A stretch of 64,000 nt of DNA from an uncultured Gemmatimonadaceae bacterium (GTDB lineage Bacteria; Gemmatimonadota; Gemmatimonadetes; Gemmatimonadales; Gemmatimonadaceae). The notes beneath the pieces are model-generated. The model saw only the letters and a list, made by a program, of their open reading frames with translations, searched no databases and was not told the origin of the DNA. Location of the stretch: positions 160,001 through 224,000 of the forward strand of contig CAWHHI010000004.1 in the NCBI GenBank assembly GCA_963829055.1, written 5' to 3'. Positions 11,623 through 21,730 of the stretch are shown piece by piece; positions within the stretch are counted from its first letter, which is position 1; each line of letters starts with the position of its first letter. A program made the translations under genes and the position numbers.

Positions 11623-11664
11623 GGTGTATTCTGGTATACCAGTTTGTATACAAATTCGTACACC
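11623..11664. promoter_or_regulatory. Two abutting palindromic operator-like sites in a divergent promoter
   Basis: CTGGTATACCAG (11631-11642) directly followed by TTTGTATACAAA (11643-11654), bracketed by GGTGTA...TACACC. Confidence 0.65.
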
Positions 11665-11686
11665 GTCGGCTTTTCGGGGACACCTA

Positions 11687-13692
11687 ATGTCTGCACGCAC
11701 ACTTACACGCACATCGCACGTTCCCGCCGCGCTGCGCCGCGGATTCTTTGCCCTGGCCACGACAGCATCGGCCATCGGCGCCCAGCAGCCCGCGCGCCCG
11801 CCGAGTCAACCGCCGACGCCGCGTGTCGTCCGCGCCAATGAGATCCCGAGTCAGGCTCCCAATGCCACGAACCCCGTGCGGGGTATCAGAGACCGGGCGG
11901 AGCTCGAGGCGTTCCTCGACGGCTTGATGACGGCGAACCTCGGCGACAAGCACGTAGCTGGCGCCACCGTCGCCGTCGTGAAGGACGGCGCGCTGTTCTT
12001 CGCCAAGGGCTACGGCTGGGCCGACGCCAACCGTCGGACTCCCGTCAGTGGCGAGCGGACGCTGTTCCGCATCGGCTCCATCAGCAAGCTGTTCACGTGG
12101 ACCGCGGTGATGCAGCTCGTCGAGCAGGGGAAGCTCGACCTCGACACCGACGTCAATCGCTACCTGGATTTCAAGATCCCGGACACGTATCCGAAGCAGC
12201 CGATCACGCTGCGGCACATCATGACGCACACGCCGGGCTTCGAGGAGGACGGACGCGACCTGATCACGGATGATTCAACGCGTCTGACGACGCTCGGGAA
12301 GTGGCTCCAGACGCACATTCCCGGTCGCGTGCGCCCGCCCGGTACGTACTCATCGTACTCGAACTACGCGACGGCGTTAGCCGGCTACATCGTGGAGCGC
12401 GTCTCCGGCGTGCCGTGGGATGACTATATCGAGCAGCACATCATCACGCCGCTCGGGATGACGCAAACCACGACGCGGCAGCCGCTCCCGGCGAAGTTCG
12501 CGGCGGACATGTCGGGCGGCTTCTCGTGGGGCGGTGGCCGCTACGAGCCGCACAAGTTCGAGCTCGTTCTCCCCGCGCCCGCCGGCTCGATCGGCTCGAG
12601 CGCGACGGACATGGCGAAGTTCATGCTCGCGCACCTCGGCAACGGCGAGTACAACGGCCAGCGCATACTCGCGGAGTCGACGGCGGTGCGCATGCACACG
12701 CGCACGTTCACGCACGACCCGCGTCTTCCCGGGTTCGACCTTGGCTTCTACGAGAAGTCGAGTCACGGCCTCGAGATCATAGGACACGGCGGCGACACCG
12801 GGTGGTTTCACAGCGACCTGGCCCTCATCCCTGGCGAGCGGCTCGGCGTGTTCGTGTCGTACAACACGAACACCGGCGGAGAGCTGAGCTTCGGGACGTT
12901 CCTGCGAGAGTTCCTCGACCACTATTACCCGATCACGCCTAACGCGCCGGTACCCTTCGCCGGCGCGGTCGAACAGGCGAAGCGTGTGGCCGGCGAGTAC
13001 GAGTTCAACCGACGCTCGTATACGACCTTCCAGCGGGCGCTCGGACTGGCTGGCGCGATCAGCGTGAACGCCCTGGACAGCGGGCGCGTGTTGCTGCACT
13101 CGCCGTTAGGCGATACGCAGCTCGTTCCGGTCGGCCCGATGCTCTACCGCGACGCGAAGGGCGACGACCTCGTGTCGTTCAAGACCGGGTCGGACAGCAC
13201 GGTGCGCTATGGCTTCCTCGGTGCAGCGCCCATGATGGTGATGGAGCGTGTGCCGTGGTATTCGTCGCCGAAGCTTCACTGGATGGTGCTCGGGCTCGGG
13301 ATCGTCGTCTTCGCGGGCCTCATTGTCGCGGCGGTCCTGCGCCTGGTGCGTCGCCGCCTCGGGACGTTACGGCCAGAGGATCGGCTGCCCGGCAGGTTGC
13401 TCGTCGGTCCTGCCGGCGCTGATGAACCTCGTGTTCCTCGTCGCGGTGGGCGTGATCATCGGATCCGGCGGTGGGCTGCTCGAGGGGCCGCTGACCGGCC
13501 TCAAGATCGCGCTCGCGCTTCCGGTGCTCGGTGCGCTGCTCGCGCTCGGCGCGGCCGTAGCCGCCGCACGCCACTGGATGACCGGGGCAGGGACGCGCGG
13601 CGCGCGGCTGCGCTACAGCTCGGCCGTGGTCATGGCGCTCCTGTTCGTCGTGGTCGCTGAGCCAGTGGAATCTGCTCGGGTGGCGGATGTAG
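11687..13692 (+). CDS. Serine hydrolase (beta-lactamase/AmpC-like family) with C-terminal membrane anchor (frameshifts near 13410 and 13650)
   Basis: FRIGSISK (SxxK), YSNY, GHGGD, C-terminal TM helices, ending QWNLLGWRM*. Confidence 0.88.
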
Positions 13693-13744
13693 GTCCCCGC
13701 GGCCCCATCGCAGTAAGGGACGTTAGGCGCTCGTGTTGCGGAGC

Positions 13745-13786
13745 AAAGCCCGTCGCTGGCCAATGGCCAGCGACGGGCTTTTTGTT
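13745..13786. terminator. Intrinsic terminator, probably bidirectional
   Basis: Perfect 18-bp inverted repeat AAAGCCCGTCGCTGGCCA/TGGCCAGCGACGGGCTTT plus a T tract, between convergent genes. Confidence 0.85.
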
Positions 13787-13860
13787 GCGCCGAACGCGCA
13801 GCGGTCGTTCAACTGCGGTTCACGTAAGGACCTACACAGCACCATCGGAAGCGGTCAATG

Positions 13861-15402
13861 TCAGCGCTCCAGCTTGAACCCGGGGTCCAGCTTCGGCCGC
13901 TCCGGCGCGTTCGCCACGAACCACCCCGTCAGGTAGATCCACTGCGCCATGCGCGTGAGCTTCGGATAGTCGATGCGGTCGGGGTTGTCGCGCGGCGTGT
14001 GATAGTCGTCGTGCAGGTTGGTCGAGTACATCAGCGCCGGGACGTTCAGGCGCGCGTACGGCAGGTGATCGCTGCGGAAGTACCAACCCTCCGGGTGCGT
14101 CGGCCGATCCCAGATCGTGTCGAGCACGAACTTTCCCGTCAGCGCGTTCGCGCTGGAGCGCCATCGCCACGAGATCGCTCGAGTTGCGGTGCGGCGGCTG
14201 GCGCCGAGCAACGCGGCCGAGTCGGGGTTGTTGCGCCCGATCATGTCGCCGTTGAGCACGGCGACGATCTGCGCGAGCGGCACCACCGGATGCGCCGCGT
14301 GATAGCGCGAGCCGATCAGCCCGCGCTCCTCGGAGCCGTGATTGATGAAGAGCACCGAACGCTTGCCCGGCTGCTTGACGAACGCGCGGGCCGCGGCGAG
14401 GTCAGCGGCGGTCACCGACGCATTGTCGTCGGCGCCGGCGTGCACCGAGTCGCCCTCCAGCGTGGTGCGCACGCCGTTGGCATCCTGGTGCGAGCTGAAC
14501 ACCACGTACTCGTCGCGCAGCTTGGGATCGGTACCGCGCACGACGCCGATGACGTTCACCGACGGCGTCGTGAATCGCTCGAGTCGAATCGAGAGCTCGA
14601 CCTGCGGCTGCTGCGCGAGCGTCTCGCGCATCGCGGCGTGCACGAGGAAGCGTCGGCGTCGGGCCGGTGCCGAGCGCGGGCGGCGGCGCGATGCGCGGCG
14701 AGCCGTTCGCGGCGCGCGGTACGGCGTTGTCGACGTCGTACGTACCGCGGCTCCGCGTCGACGACACGACATCGAACGCGCTGTCCACCGCCGCGTTCGC
14801 GACCAGCAGAACGGCTGCCGCCCCGCGCCGCGCGAACCGCGCGGCGGTACCGTTCACGGCGGCGTCTGCGTAGCGGGAGGCAAAGGTGTAGCTGTTCGCG
14901 CGGATGCTGGACGGCACGGGCGCGAGCAGCGGGGTGGCAACGATGCGCCCGCGTATGTCGGCCGTGGTGTCCGACGCGTCCGGCACCCAGAGCACGGCTC
15001 CGGTTGCTTCCGCGGGCACGACGCCGAGCGGGATGAAGTCGCCGAACAGCGTCATCGCCTGCCCGCCGATGCTCGCTCGGCTCGCCGTGACCGAGACGCG
15101 CGTGCGCGTCATGTCGAACCACTGGAACCAGGTGCCGTCGTCGCCCATCGGCTTGAGCCCGATGTGGCGGTACTGGTCGGCTACCCATATCGGAGGCGCG
15201 CATCTCGTCGATCGTGCCTCCTTCGCGACCGCGCATTCCGGGCGACGGCCATCTCGCCGACGTCGCGTCGGAGGTCGGCCTCGCGAACAGCGGTGTACGC
15301 GGCGGGGAGCTCGGAGCGGCGCGCGCTGGACTGGGCGGCGAGCGGAGCGGCGAAGCAGAGAAGAGCGCCGGAGACGAGCCGAGTGGTGGGCGAGATGCGC
15401 AT
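13861..15402 (-). CDS. M28 family metallopeptidase, exported (frameshifted)
   Basis: Signal peptide MRISPTTRLVSGALLCFAAPLAAQ. Motifs SSHQD, GADDNAS, HGSEERGLIGS, NGDMIGRN, RSDH, DYHTPRD. Confidence 0.88.
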
Positions 15403-15637
15403 GCGGAGATGATGGGGTTTTGAGCGGCACGCGGGATGCGCGTCGGTGGCCCTATATGGCGACGCGGCGGCGCGGCGACAAGCGGAGCCGTATGCGGCGG
15501 CGCGTGTCATGCTGCACCAACGACCCGCGTAGCATGCGATCTCTCTCCATGGGTACGTCCCGCGCCGCGGTCCCGAGCCGCCCCAGCTCACCTCGCGCCC
15601 TCGCGGCGTCGAGGCGCACGCTCGTCGCGCCAGAGTG

Positions 15638-16963
15638 ATGCGTTTCCTGATGCGTCTCGCGCTGGTGTGTCTCGCGCTCTGCGCCATTTCCGTCGCGGCG
15701 TGCGACCAGCGGCCGAGTGGCGGGAGTGTCGTCACGATCTCCGGGAGCGCGCTCGGAACCGAGGGGGCAGTGCTGCGCCGCCAGATCGCGCGGTTCAGGG
15801 CGCAGCACCCGGGGCTTCGCGTCGAGATCCAGCCCACGCCGGATGACGCGACGCAGCGACATCAGCTGTACGTCCAGTGGCTCAACGCGCACGCCGGCGC
15901 TCCAGACATTCTCCAGCTCGACGTCGTCTGGACGCCGGAGTTCGCCGCGGCGGGATGGATCCTTCCACTCGAGCGGTTCTCCCCGGCCCGCGACAGCTTC
16001 TTCAAGGCGACCATCGAGGCGAACGTCTGGTCCGGGAAGCTTTTCGCGATCCCGTGGTTCGTCGATGTGGGACTCCTCTACTGGCGAACCGATCTTCTCG
16101 CCCACGCGCCTGCGAGCATGGCGGAGCTCGTGCAGCTGGCGCGCGAGGGCATGACCGCGCCGGGCGGCGCGCGATACGGCATCGTGTGGCAGGGAGCGCG
16201 GTACGAGGGCCTGGTCACCGTCTTTCTCGAGTACCTCGGTGGCTTCGGCGGCCGGATCATGACCGGCGACGGCCGCGTGGTCGTCGACTCGCCCGAGGCG
16301 ATCCGCGCGCTGACCTTCATGCGTGACGCGATCTACGGCTCGCGGATCGCGCCGCAGGAGGTGCTGACCTGGCACGAGGAGGAGGCGCGCTTCGCGTTTC
16401 AGAACGGCTCCGCCGTGTTCATGCGCAACTGGCCGTACGCGTACGCGCTCCTGGCCGGCGGGGCCGATTCACGGGTTAGGGCCAAGTTCGCCGTGACCAC
16501 GATGCCGGCGGCACCGGGAGGGCGACCCACTGCCGCGTTAGGTGGCGCGCAGCTCGCGCTCAACGCCTACAGCCGCGCCCCCGACAGCGCGTATGCCGTC
16601 ATCGCGTACCTCACCGCGCCGGCCCAGATGCTCGAGCGCGCTGAGGTCGTCGGCCAGTTCCCGACGCGGCCGGCGCTGTACGACGATCCGCGCCTAACGG
16701 CTGCGCTCGACGTGCCGCCCGCCGATGCCCGGCGGGCGATCGAGAGCGCGACGCCGCGCCCGGTGATTCCGATCTGGACACAGCTTTCGGAGCTCCTGCA
16801 GATCCAGCTCCACCGCGCGCTGGCGCGGCAGACGTCGCCCGAAGAGGCACTGCGCACCGCCGCGCGCGAGATGAACGCCCTGGTCGAGCGGACGCGCGTG
16901 CGTGAGCTCATGGCGGGAACTGTCGCGGCGGGAACTGTGACGACGGAGGCGGTTGAGCGATGA
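15638..16963 (+). CDS. Sugar ABC transporter substrate-binding lipoprotein (trehalose/maltose type)
   Basis: Lipobox-like VAAC, DVVWTPEFAAAGW, GLLYWRTDLL, QGARYEGL, FMRNWPYA. Confidence 0.9.
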   Translation: MRFLMRLALVCLALCAISVAACDQRPSGGSVVTISGSALGTEGAVLRRQIARFRAQHPGLRVEIQPTPDDATQRHQLYVQWLNAHAGAPDILQLDVVWTPEFAAAGWILPLERFSPARDSFFKATIEANVWSGKLFAIPWFVDVGLLYWRTDLLAHAPASMAELVQLAREGMTAPGGARYGIVWQGARYEGLVTVFLEYLGGFGGRIMTGDGRVVVDSPEAIRALTFMRDAIYGSRIAPQEVLTWHEEEARFAFQNGSAVFMRNWPYAYALLAGGADSRVRAKFAVTTMPAAPGGRPTAALGGAQLALNAYSRAPDSAYAVIAYLTAPAQMLERAEVVGQFPTRPALYDDPRLTAALDVPPADARRAIESATPRPVIPIWTQLSELLQIQLHRALARQTSPEEALRTAAREMNALVERTRVRELMAGTVAAGTVTTEAVER

Positions 16964-17889
16964 CGCGTTCCACTTCGACGCGTTCCACTTCGACGCGTTC
17001 CACTTCGACCGAGGATCCGCGCATCGGCTGGGTCTACGTTGCGCCAGCGGTGGCGATCGTGCTGCTCATCGCGCTCTTTCCGCTCGCCTGGACGCTCTGG
17101 GAGTCGCTGCATCAACATGACCTGCGGATGCCGTGGCTCGGCCGGCCGTTCGTCGGGCTGGCGAACTACGCCGAGATCCTCCGCGACGCGCGATTCTGGG
17201 GTGCGCTCGGACACACGGTGTTCTTCGCCGTCACGTCGATCGTGCTGGAGCTCGTGCTCGGCCTCTTCCTGGCGCTCGCGCTGAACGAGACCTTCCGCGG
17301 CCGCGGGTTGGTACGTGCGGCGGTGCTCGTCCCGTGGGCGATCCCAACGGTTGTCGCCGCGCTCCTCTGGCGATTCATGTTCGACTCGCAAGCGGGGATC
17401 GCCAACGCGATGCTCGTGCGCGTCGGCGTGCTCGACCAGCCCATCGTCTGGTTCATCCGCGCGGCGACAGCGTGGGTGCCGGTGATCCTCGCCGACGTGT
17501 GGAAGACGACACCGTTCGTTGCGCTGCTCCTGTTGGCGGGGCTGCAGAACATCGATCGCTCGCTCTACGAAGCGGCCGCGACCGACGGTGCCGGTCCGTG
17601 GTGGCAGCTCCGGCACATCACGCTTCCGCTGCTCGCGCCCGCGATGCTCGTCGTGCTGATCTTCCGCACGCTCGACGCCTTCCGGGTGTTCGACCTGATC
17701 TACGTGCTCACCGGTGGCGGTCCGGGCACATCGACGGAGCCGATCTCGATCTACGCGTTCAACGCGATGCTTCAAAATCTCGAGTTCGGCTACGGCGCGG
17801 CGCTATCGGTGGTGATCTTCCTCGTGACCTTCGCGCTCGCCGTGCTCTACATCAAAGGGCTCGGCGCCGACGTTGGTGGCCGTCGATGA
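16960..17889 (+). CDS. Sugar ABC transporter permease (MalF/SugA-like)
   Basis: FVGLANY, DVWKTTPF, LYEAAATDGA (EAA loop). Confidence 0.93.
   Translation: MTRSTSTRSTSTRSTSTEDPRIGWVYVAPAVAIVLLIALFPLAWTLWESLHQHDLRMPWLGRPFVGLANYAEILRDARFWGALGHTVFFAVTSIVLELVLGLFLALALNETFRGRGLVRAAVLVPWAIPTVVAALLWRFMFDSQAGIANAMLVRVGVLDQPIVWFIRAATAWVPVILADVWKTTPFVALLLLAGLQNIDRSLYEAAATDGAGPWWQLRHITLPLLAPAMLVVLIFRTLDAFRVFDLIYVLTGGGPGTSTEPISIYAFNAMLQNLEFGYGAALSVVIFLVTFALAVLYIKGLGADVGGRR
16962..17009 (+). repeat. 3 x 15-bp perfect tandem repeat (TRSTS) at the permease N-terminus
   Basis: GACGCGTTCCACTTC three times, then GAC. Confidence 0.95.
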
Positions 17890-18713
17890 CGTCGACCGGT
17901 TGGCACCGCTGGATCGCGGGCGCGGTGCTCGTGGTGCTCGTGGGGCTCACCGCGTTCCCCTTCTACTGGGGAATCGTCGCGTCGCTCACGCCTGAGGCCG
18001 CGCTCTTTCGCGAGCCGTCGCTCTGGCCCACCCACATCATTCTCGATCACTATCGCGCGCTGTTCGATGAGCGCGACTTCTGGATCCCGATCCGGAACTC
18101 GATCGTCGTCGCCGGAACGACGACGCTGTTGTGTCTCGCGGTCGGCTCGCTCGCGGCGTACGCGCTCGCGCGGCTCGAGTTCCGCGGCAAGACGGGCATC
18201 CTGTCGCTCATTCTCGCGGTCACGATGTTCCCGCAGATCTCGATCGTGAGCCCGCTCTACCTGCTGCTGCGTGCGCTCCGACTGATCGACACGTATCCGG
18301 GACTGATCCTGCCGTATCTGACGTTCGCCATGCCGCTCGCCGTCTGGCTGCTCGTCGGATTCTTCCGGCAGTTGCCGTTCGATCTCGAGGAAGCGGCACT
18401 CGTCGACGGCGCATCGCGCTGGCAGAGCTTCACGCGTGTGATCCTTCCCGTCAGCGTTCCGGCGCTCGCGACGACGGCGATCCTCACGTTCATCTATTGC
18501 TGGAACGAGTTCCTGTTCGCGCTCTCGTTCACGCTCGGGCCGGAACGGCAGACTGTGCCGGTGGCGATCGCACTGTTCCGCGGCCAGTACCAGGTGCCGT
18601 GGGGGCAGATTCTCGCGGCGGCTGTCGTCGCGACGGTGCCGGTCGCAGCGCTGGTGCTGATCGCCCAACGTCGCATTGTGCAGGGCCTGACCGCGGGAGC
18701 GGTGAAGGGTTAG
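17886..18713 (+). CDS. Sugar ABC transporter permease (MalG/SugB-like)
   Basis: AAYALARLEFRGK, LEEAALVDGA, WNEFLFA, IVQGLTAGAVKG. Confidence 0.93.
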   Translation: MTSTGWHRWIAGAVLVVLVGLTAFPFYWGIVASLTPEAALFREPSLWPTHIILDHYRALFDERDFWIPIRNSIVVAGTTTLLCLAVGSLAAYALARLEFRGKTGILSLILAVTMFPQISIVSPLYLLLRALRLIDTYPGLILPYLTFAMPLAVWLLVGFFRQLPFDLEEAALVDGASRWQSFTRVILPVSVPALATTAILTFIYCWNEFLFALSFTLGPERQTVPVAIALFRGQYQVPWGQILAAAVVATVPVAALVLIAQRRIVQGLTAGAVKG

Positions 18714-18898
18714 GCGCGGTCAGACCGGACAATGCGGGGCCGGGCTGAGCCTGCGCGGTTGGCCGCACAGGTCTGCTTGCGCCCCGCGCGTACTGGTTCA
18801 AATCTGTTGCCGTCCCAAGCAGCGCTCCCGCCGCTTTCGACGAACCTGCACGTCAGGAGCCCGTCCACCACACATTGCTCGACGCAGGAGGACCGCGT

Positions 18899-21601
18899 AT
18901 GCTGCGGAAACGACCGTTAGTTCACTCCCACGTGTTCCGCCTCGCTGCCGCGCTCACGGCAGTCTCGTGCCTAACGCTCACACCGGCACGTGCCCGCTCG
19001 CAGGAGGCGGTGCCGACCGGCTCCGTAGCCGGCAGGGTGACGAACGAGCAGGGCGCGCCGCTCGTCGGTGCCCAGGTCTTCATTGAAGGCACCAACCTCG
19101 GTGCGGTGACCCGGGACAGCGGCCAGTACGTCATCGCCCGTATCCCCGTCGGTTCTCGCATCCTGCGCGTGCGCCTCGTCGGCTTCCGCTCGCAGACGGC
19201 TTCCCTCACCATCGCGGCGGACCAGCGCGCAACGCAGAACTTCACGCTCGTGCAGGACCCGTTGAGCCTCGAGGCTGTGGTCGTCACCGGGTCGGTGGCG
19301 CCACGCGTGAATCAGGAGTCGAGTGTCGCCATCACCACGCTCACGCCGGAGCTGATCGAACAGGCAGCGCCGCGGAGCTCGACCGAGATGCTCCGCTTCG
19401 TGCCCGGCTTCACACGCGTGGAGAGCTCCGGCGGAGAGGTCAACCAGAACATCACCATGCGCGGGATCCTCGGCGTCGAGTACGTGATGTTCATGGAAGA
19501 CGGCATGCCGGTGTTCCCGACGATGCACACGTTCTTCATGAACGCGGACAACCTGTTCCGGCCCGACGACAACATTGAGCAGATGGAGGTCGTTCGCGGT
19601 GGGAGCTCGGCGCTGTTCGGCTCGAACACGCCTGGCGCGATCATCAACATCATCAACAAGACCGGCGGCCCCGAATTGCACGGCAGCCTGCGGGCGTCGG
19701 CGGGAACGGGTGGGCTCGCGCGCTACGAGTTCAACACCAACGGCCCGCTCGGCGACCAGTGGCGTTTCAACTTCGGCGGATTCTATCGGTACGACCGCGG
19801 GCATTCGCGACCCGGGGTTCCCCGGGAATCCGCGGCGGACAGGCCAAGGCCAACGTGACCCGCCTCCTCGACAACGGCTACTTCCGGCTGTCGGGCAAGG
19901 TCATCGACGATCGCAACCAGTTCATCCTCCCGCTTCCGTTCACGAACCCGGGGGACCCGACGTACGTGCCGGGCTTCGGGGACTACGGTGCGATGAGCAC
20001 GATCGAGGGGAACCACATCCGCGTGCCGACGCCTAACGGGCAGCTGGAGCTCCCGCTGGACGACGGACTCCGGACACAGGCCGGATGGATTACCGCCGAC
20101 GCCGCGTTCGACCTCGCCAGCGGCTGGCGCGTGCAGAACACCGGGCAGGCGATGCGGAATGCCCAGGCGTGGAACGCGATCGTCCCGAGCGACGTCATGC
20201 CGGCCGCGGACTTCGTGACCAGGCCGAAAAACCAGGGTGGTCTCGGATTCCCCGCCGGCACTCCGTTCACCTATACCTACACCAACCGCGACGATCCCAC
20301 GGGGAAATCCGTCGCCGTTCGGCACGCCGAACGGGCTCGTGGCTCCGGGTGGGGAGTGGCACATCGAGAAGCCGCTCGCGGCCTTCCAGGACCAGTTCCA
20401 GGTCCGGAAAGGGTTCGGCGGAGAACGCCATGTCGTTAGGTCTGTACTTCGCCAACTACTCGCAGACCAACCGCTGGTACTTCACCGACATTCTCACGGA
20501 CGTGCAGGACAACCCGGAGTTCCTCGACCTGACGGTGTCGAGCGGCGGCCGCTCGATCCCGATCACGAAGAACGGATTCCGGCACTTCATATCGAATTAC
20601 GTGAACGGAACGGGGCAGGCCACCATCGTCTCCGGATCGCTCGGCGGCGCGTTCCGCCCGACACAGCGGTTGCGGGTCGACGCTGGGGTACGGTGGGAGT
20701 ACAACGACTTCGTGCAGAGCTCCGAGAACTCGTCGATCGTCGACCTCGACGGGGATTCGACGACGACGTACGACGCCGAGCCGTGGGGGAACTCGACCTT
20801 CCGGCACTTCAGCCGCAGCCTGGACGACTGGGCGGGATCGCTGGGGCTCAACTTCCAGTTGAACGACCGGGTTGCCTTGTATGCGTCAGGCGGGCGGGCG
20901 TACAAGATGCCGGCGCTGGATGAGTTCCTGAACGCGACGTCGCCGGAGCAGGTCTCGCTGTTCGACTCTCGCGAAGTGCGGAACGTCGAAGGCGGAGTGA
21001 AGTTCGCCGCGCCGAGCTTCGGCTTCACGGTCAACGGGTTCTACACCCAGCTCAAGAACATCGTGGGGCAGGGCGCGGTGACCGATACGGCGACGGGGCG
21101 GACGACGTGGATCGTGCTGACCAGCCCCGAGAACAACTCGTACGGCGCCGAGCTCGAGATCGCCGGCTCGCCCTTCCGCTCGCTGCGATTGGACGCGAAC
21201 GGGACGTGGCTCAAGGCCGAGTTGGGATCGGGTGCCGGTGCGGATGTCGGCAGCTGGATCAACGGTGTTCCGAAGGTGATCTCGAACCTCGCCGCGACAT
21301 ACTCCGATCGCGAAATTCCGCGTTGAGCGGCGACTGGCACTTCGTGGGGAGCCGGTTCTCGGACGTGAAGGCGGGGAACAAGCTGCCGCAGTACAGCGTC
21401 TACAACTTCGGCGCAGGATACTTGTTCCCGAAGTCGCGGCTGACCCTCACGGCCGATCTGCAGAACGCCTTCCAGTCGAAGGGGCTCGAGGAGGGGAACC
21501 CGCGGCTGGCGTTGCTCGCCGGTGGTCGGACGAGCAATCTGTTCCTCGCACGCCCACTGCTCCCGCGTCGTGTCATGGTGTCGCTGCGTCACGACTACTA
21601 G
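18899..21601 (+). CDS. TonB-dependent receptor with N-terminal carboxypeptidase-regulatory-like domain (frameshifted)
   Basis: GSVAGRVTNEQGAPL, EAVVVTGS, plug motif EVVRGGSSALFGSNTPGAIINII, C-terminus ARPLLPRRVMVSLRHDY. Confidence 0.9.
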
Positions 21602-21605
21602 CGGA

Positions 21606-21712
21606 TGTCATTCCGACCTCGGGTGTCACTCCGACCTCGGGTGTCATTCCGAGCGAAGCGAGGAATCCGTACCGTGCCGGTAGAGGGACCTCGGGCCCTC
21701 TGCCGGGACGGT
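21606..21712. repeat. REP/RPE-like element: two 18-bp units, a palindromic core and a hairpin
   Basis: TGTCATTCCGACCTCGGG, TGTCACTCCGACCTCGGG, TGTCATTCCGAGCGAAGCGAGGAATC, then the inverted repeat ACCGTGCCGGTAGAGGG...CCCTCTGCCGGGACGGT. Confidence 0.7.
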
Positions 21713-21730
21713 CGGCTTCACCTCATCGCC

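Noticed and set aside
11687..13692. Serine hydrolases (this one and 30929-32386) as true beta-lactamase resistance genes
   Set aside because: SxxK/YxN motifs are shared by a broad family of peptidases and esterases. The extra domains and HGG/HSG rather than KTG argue against classical AmpC.
21606..21667. Repeats as a mini CRISPR array
   Set aside because: The units are directly adjacent with no unique spacers, and no cas genes are present.
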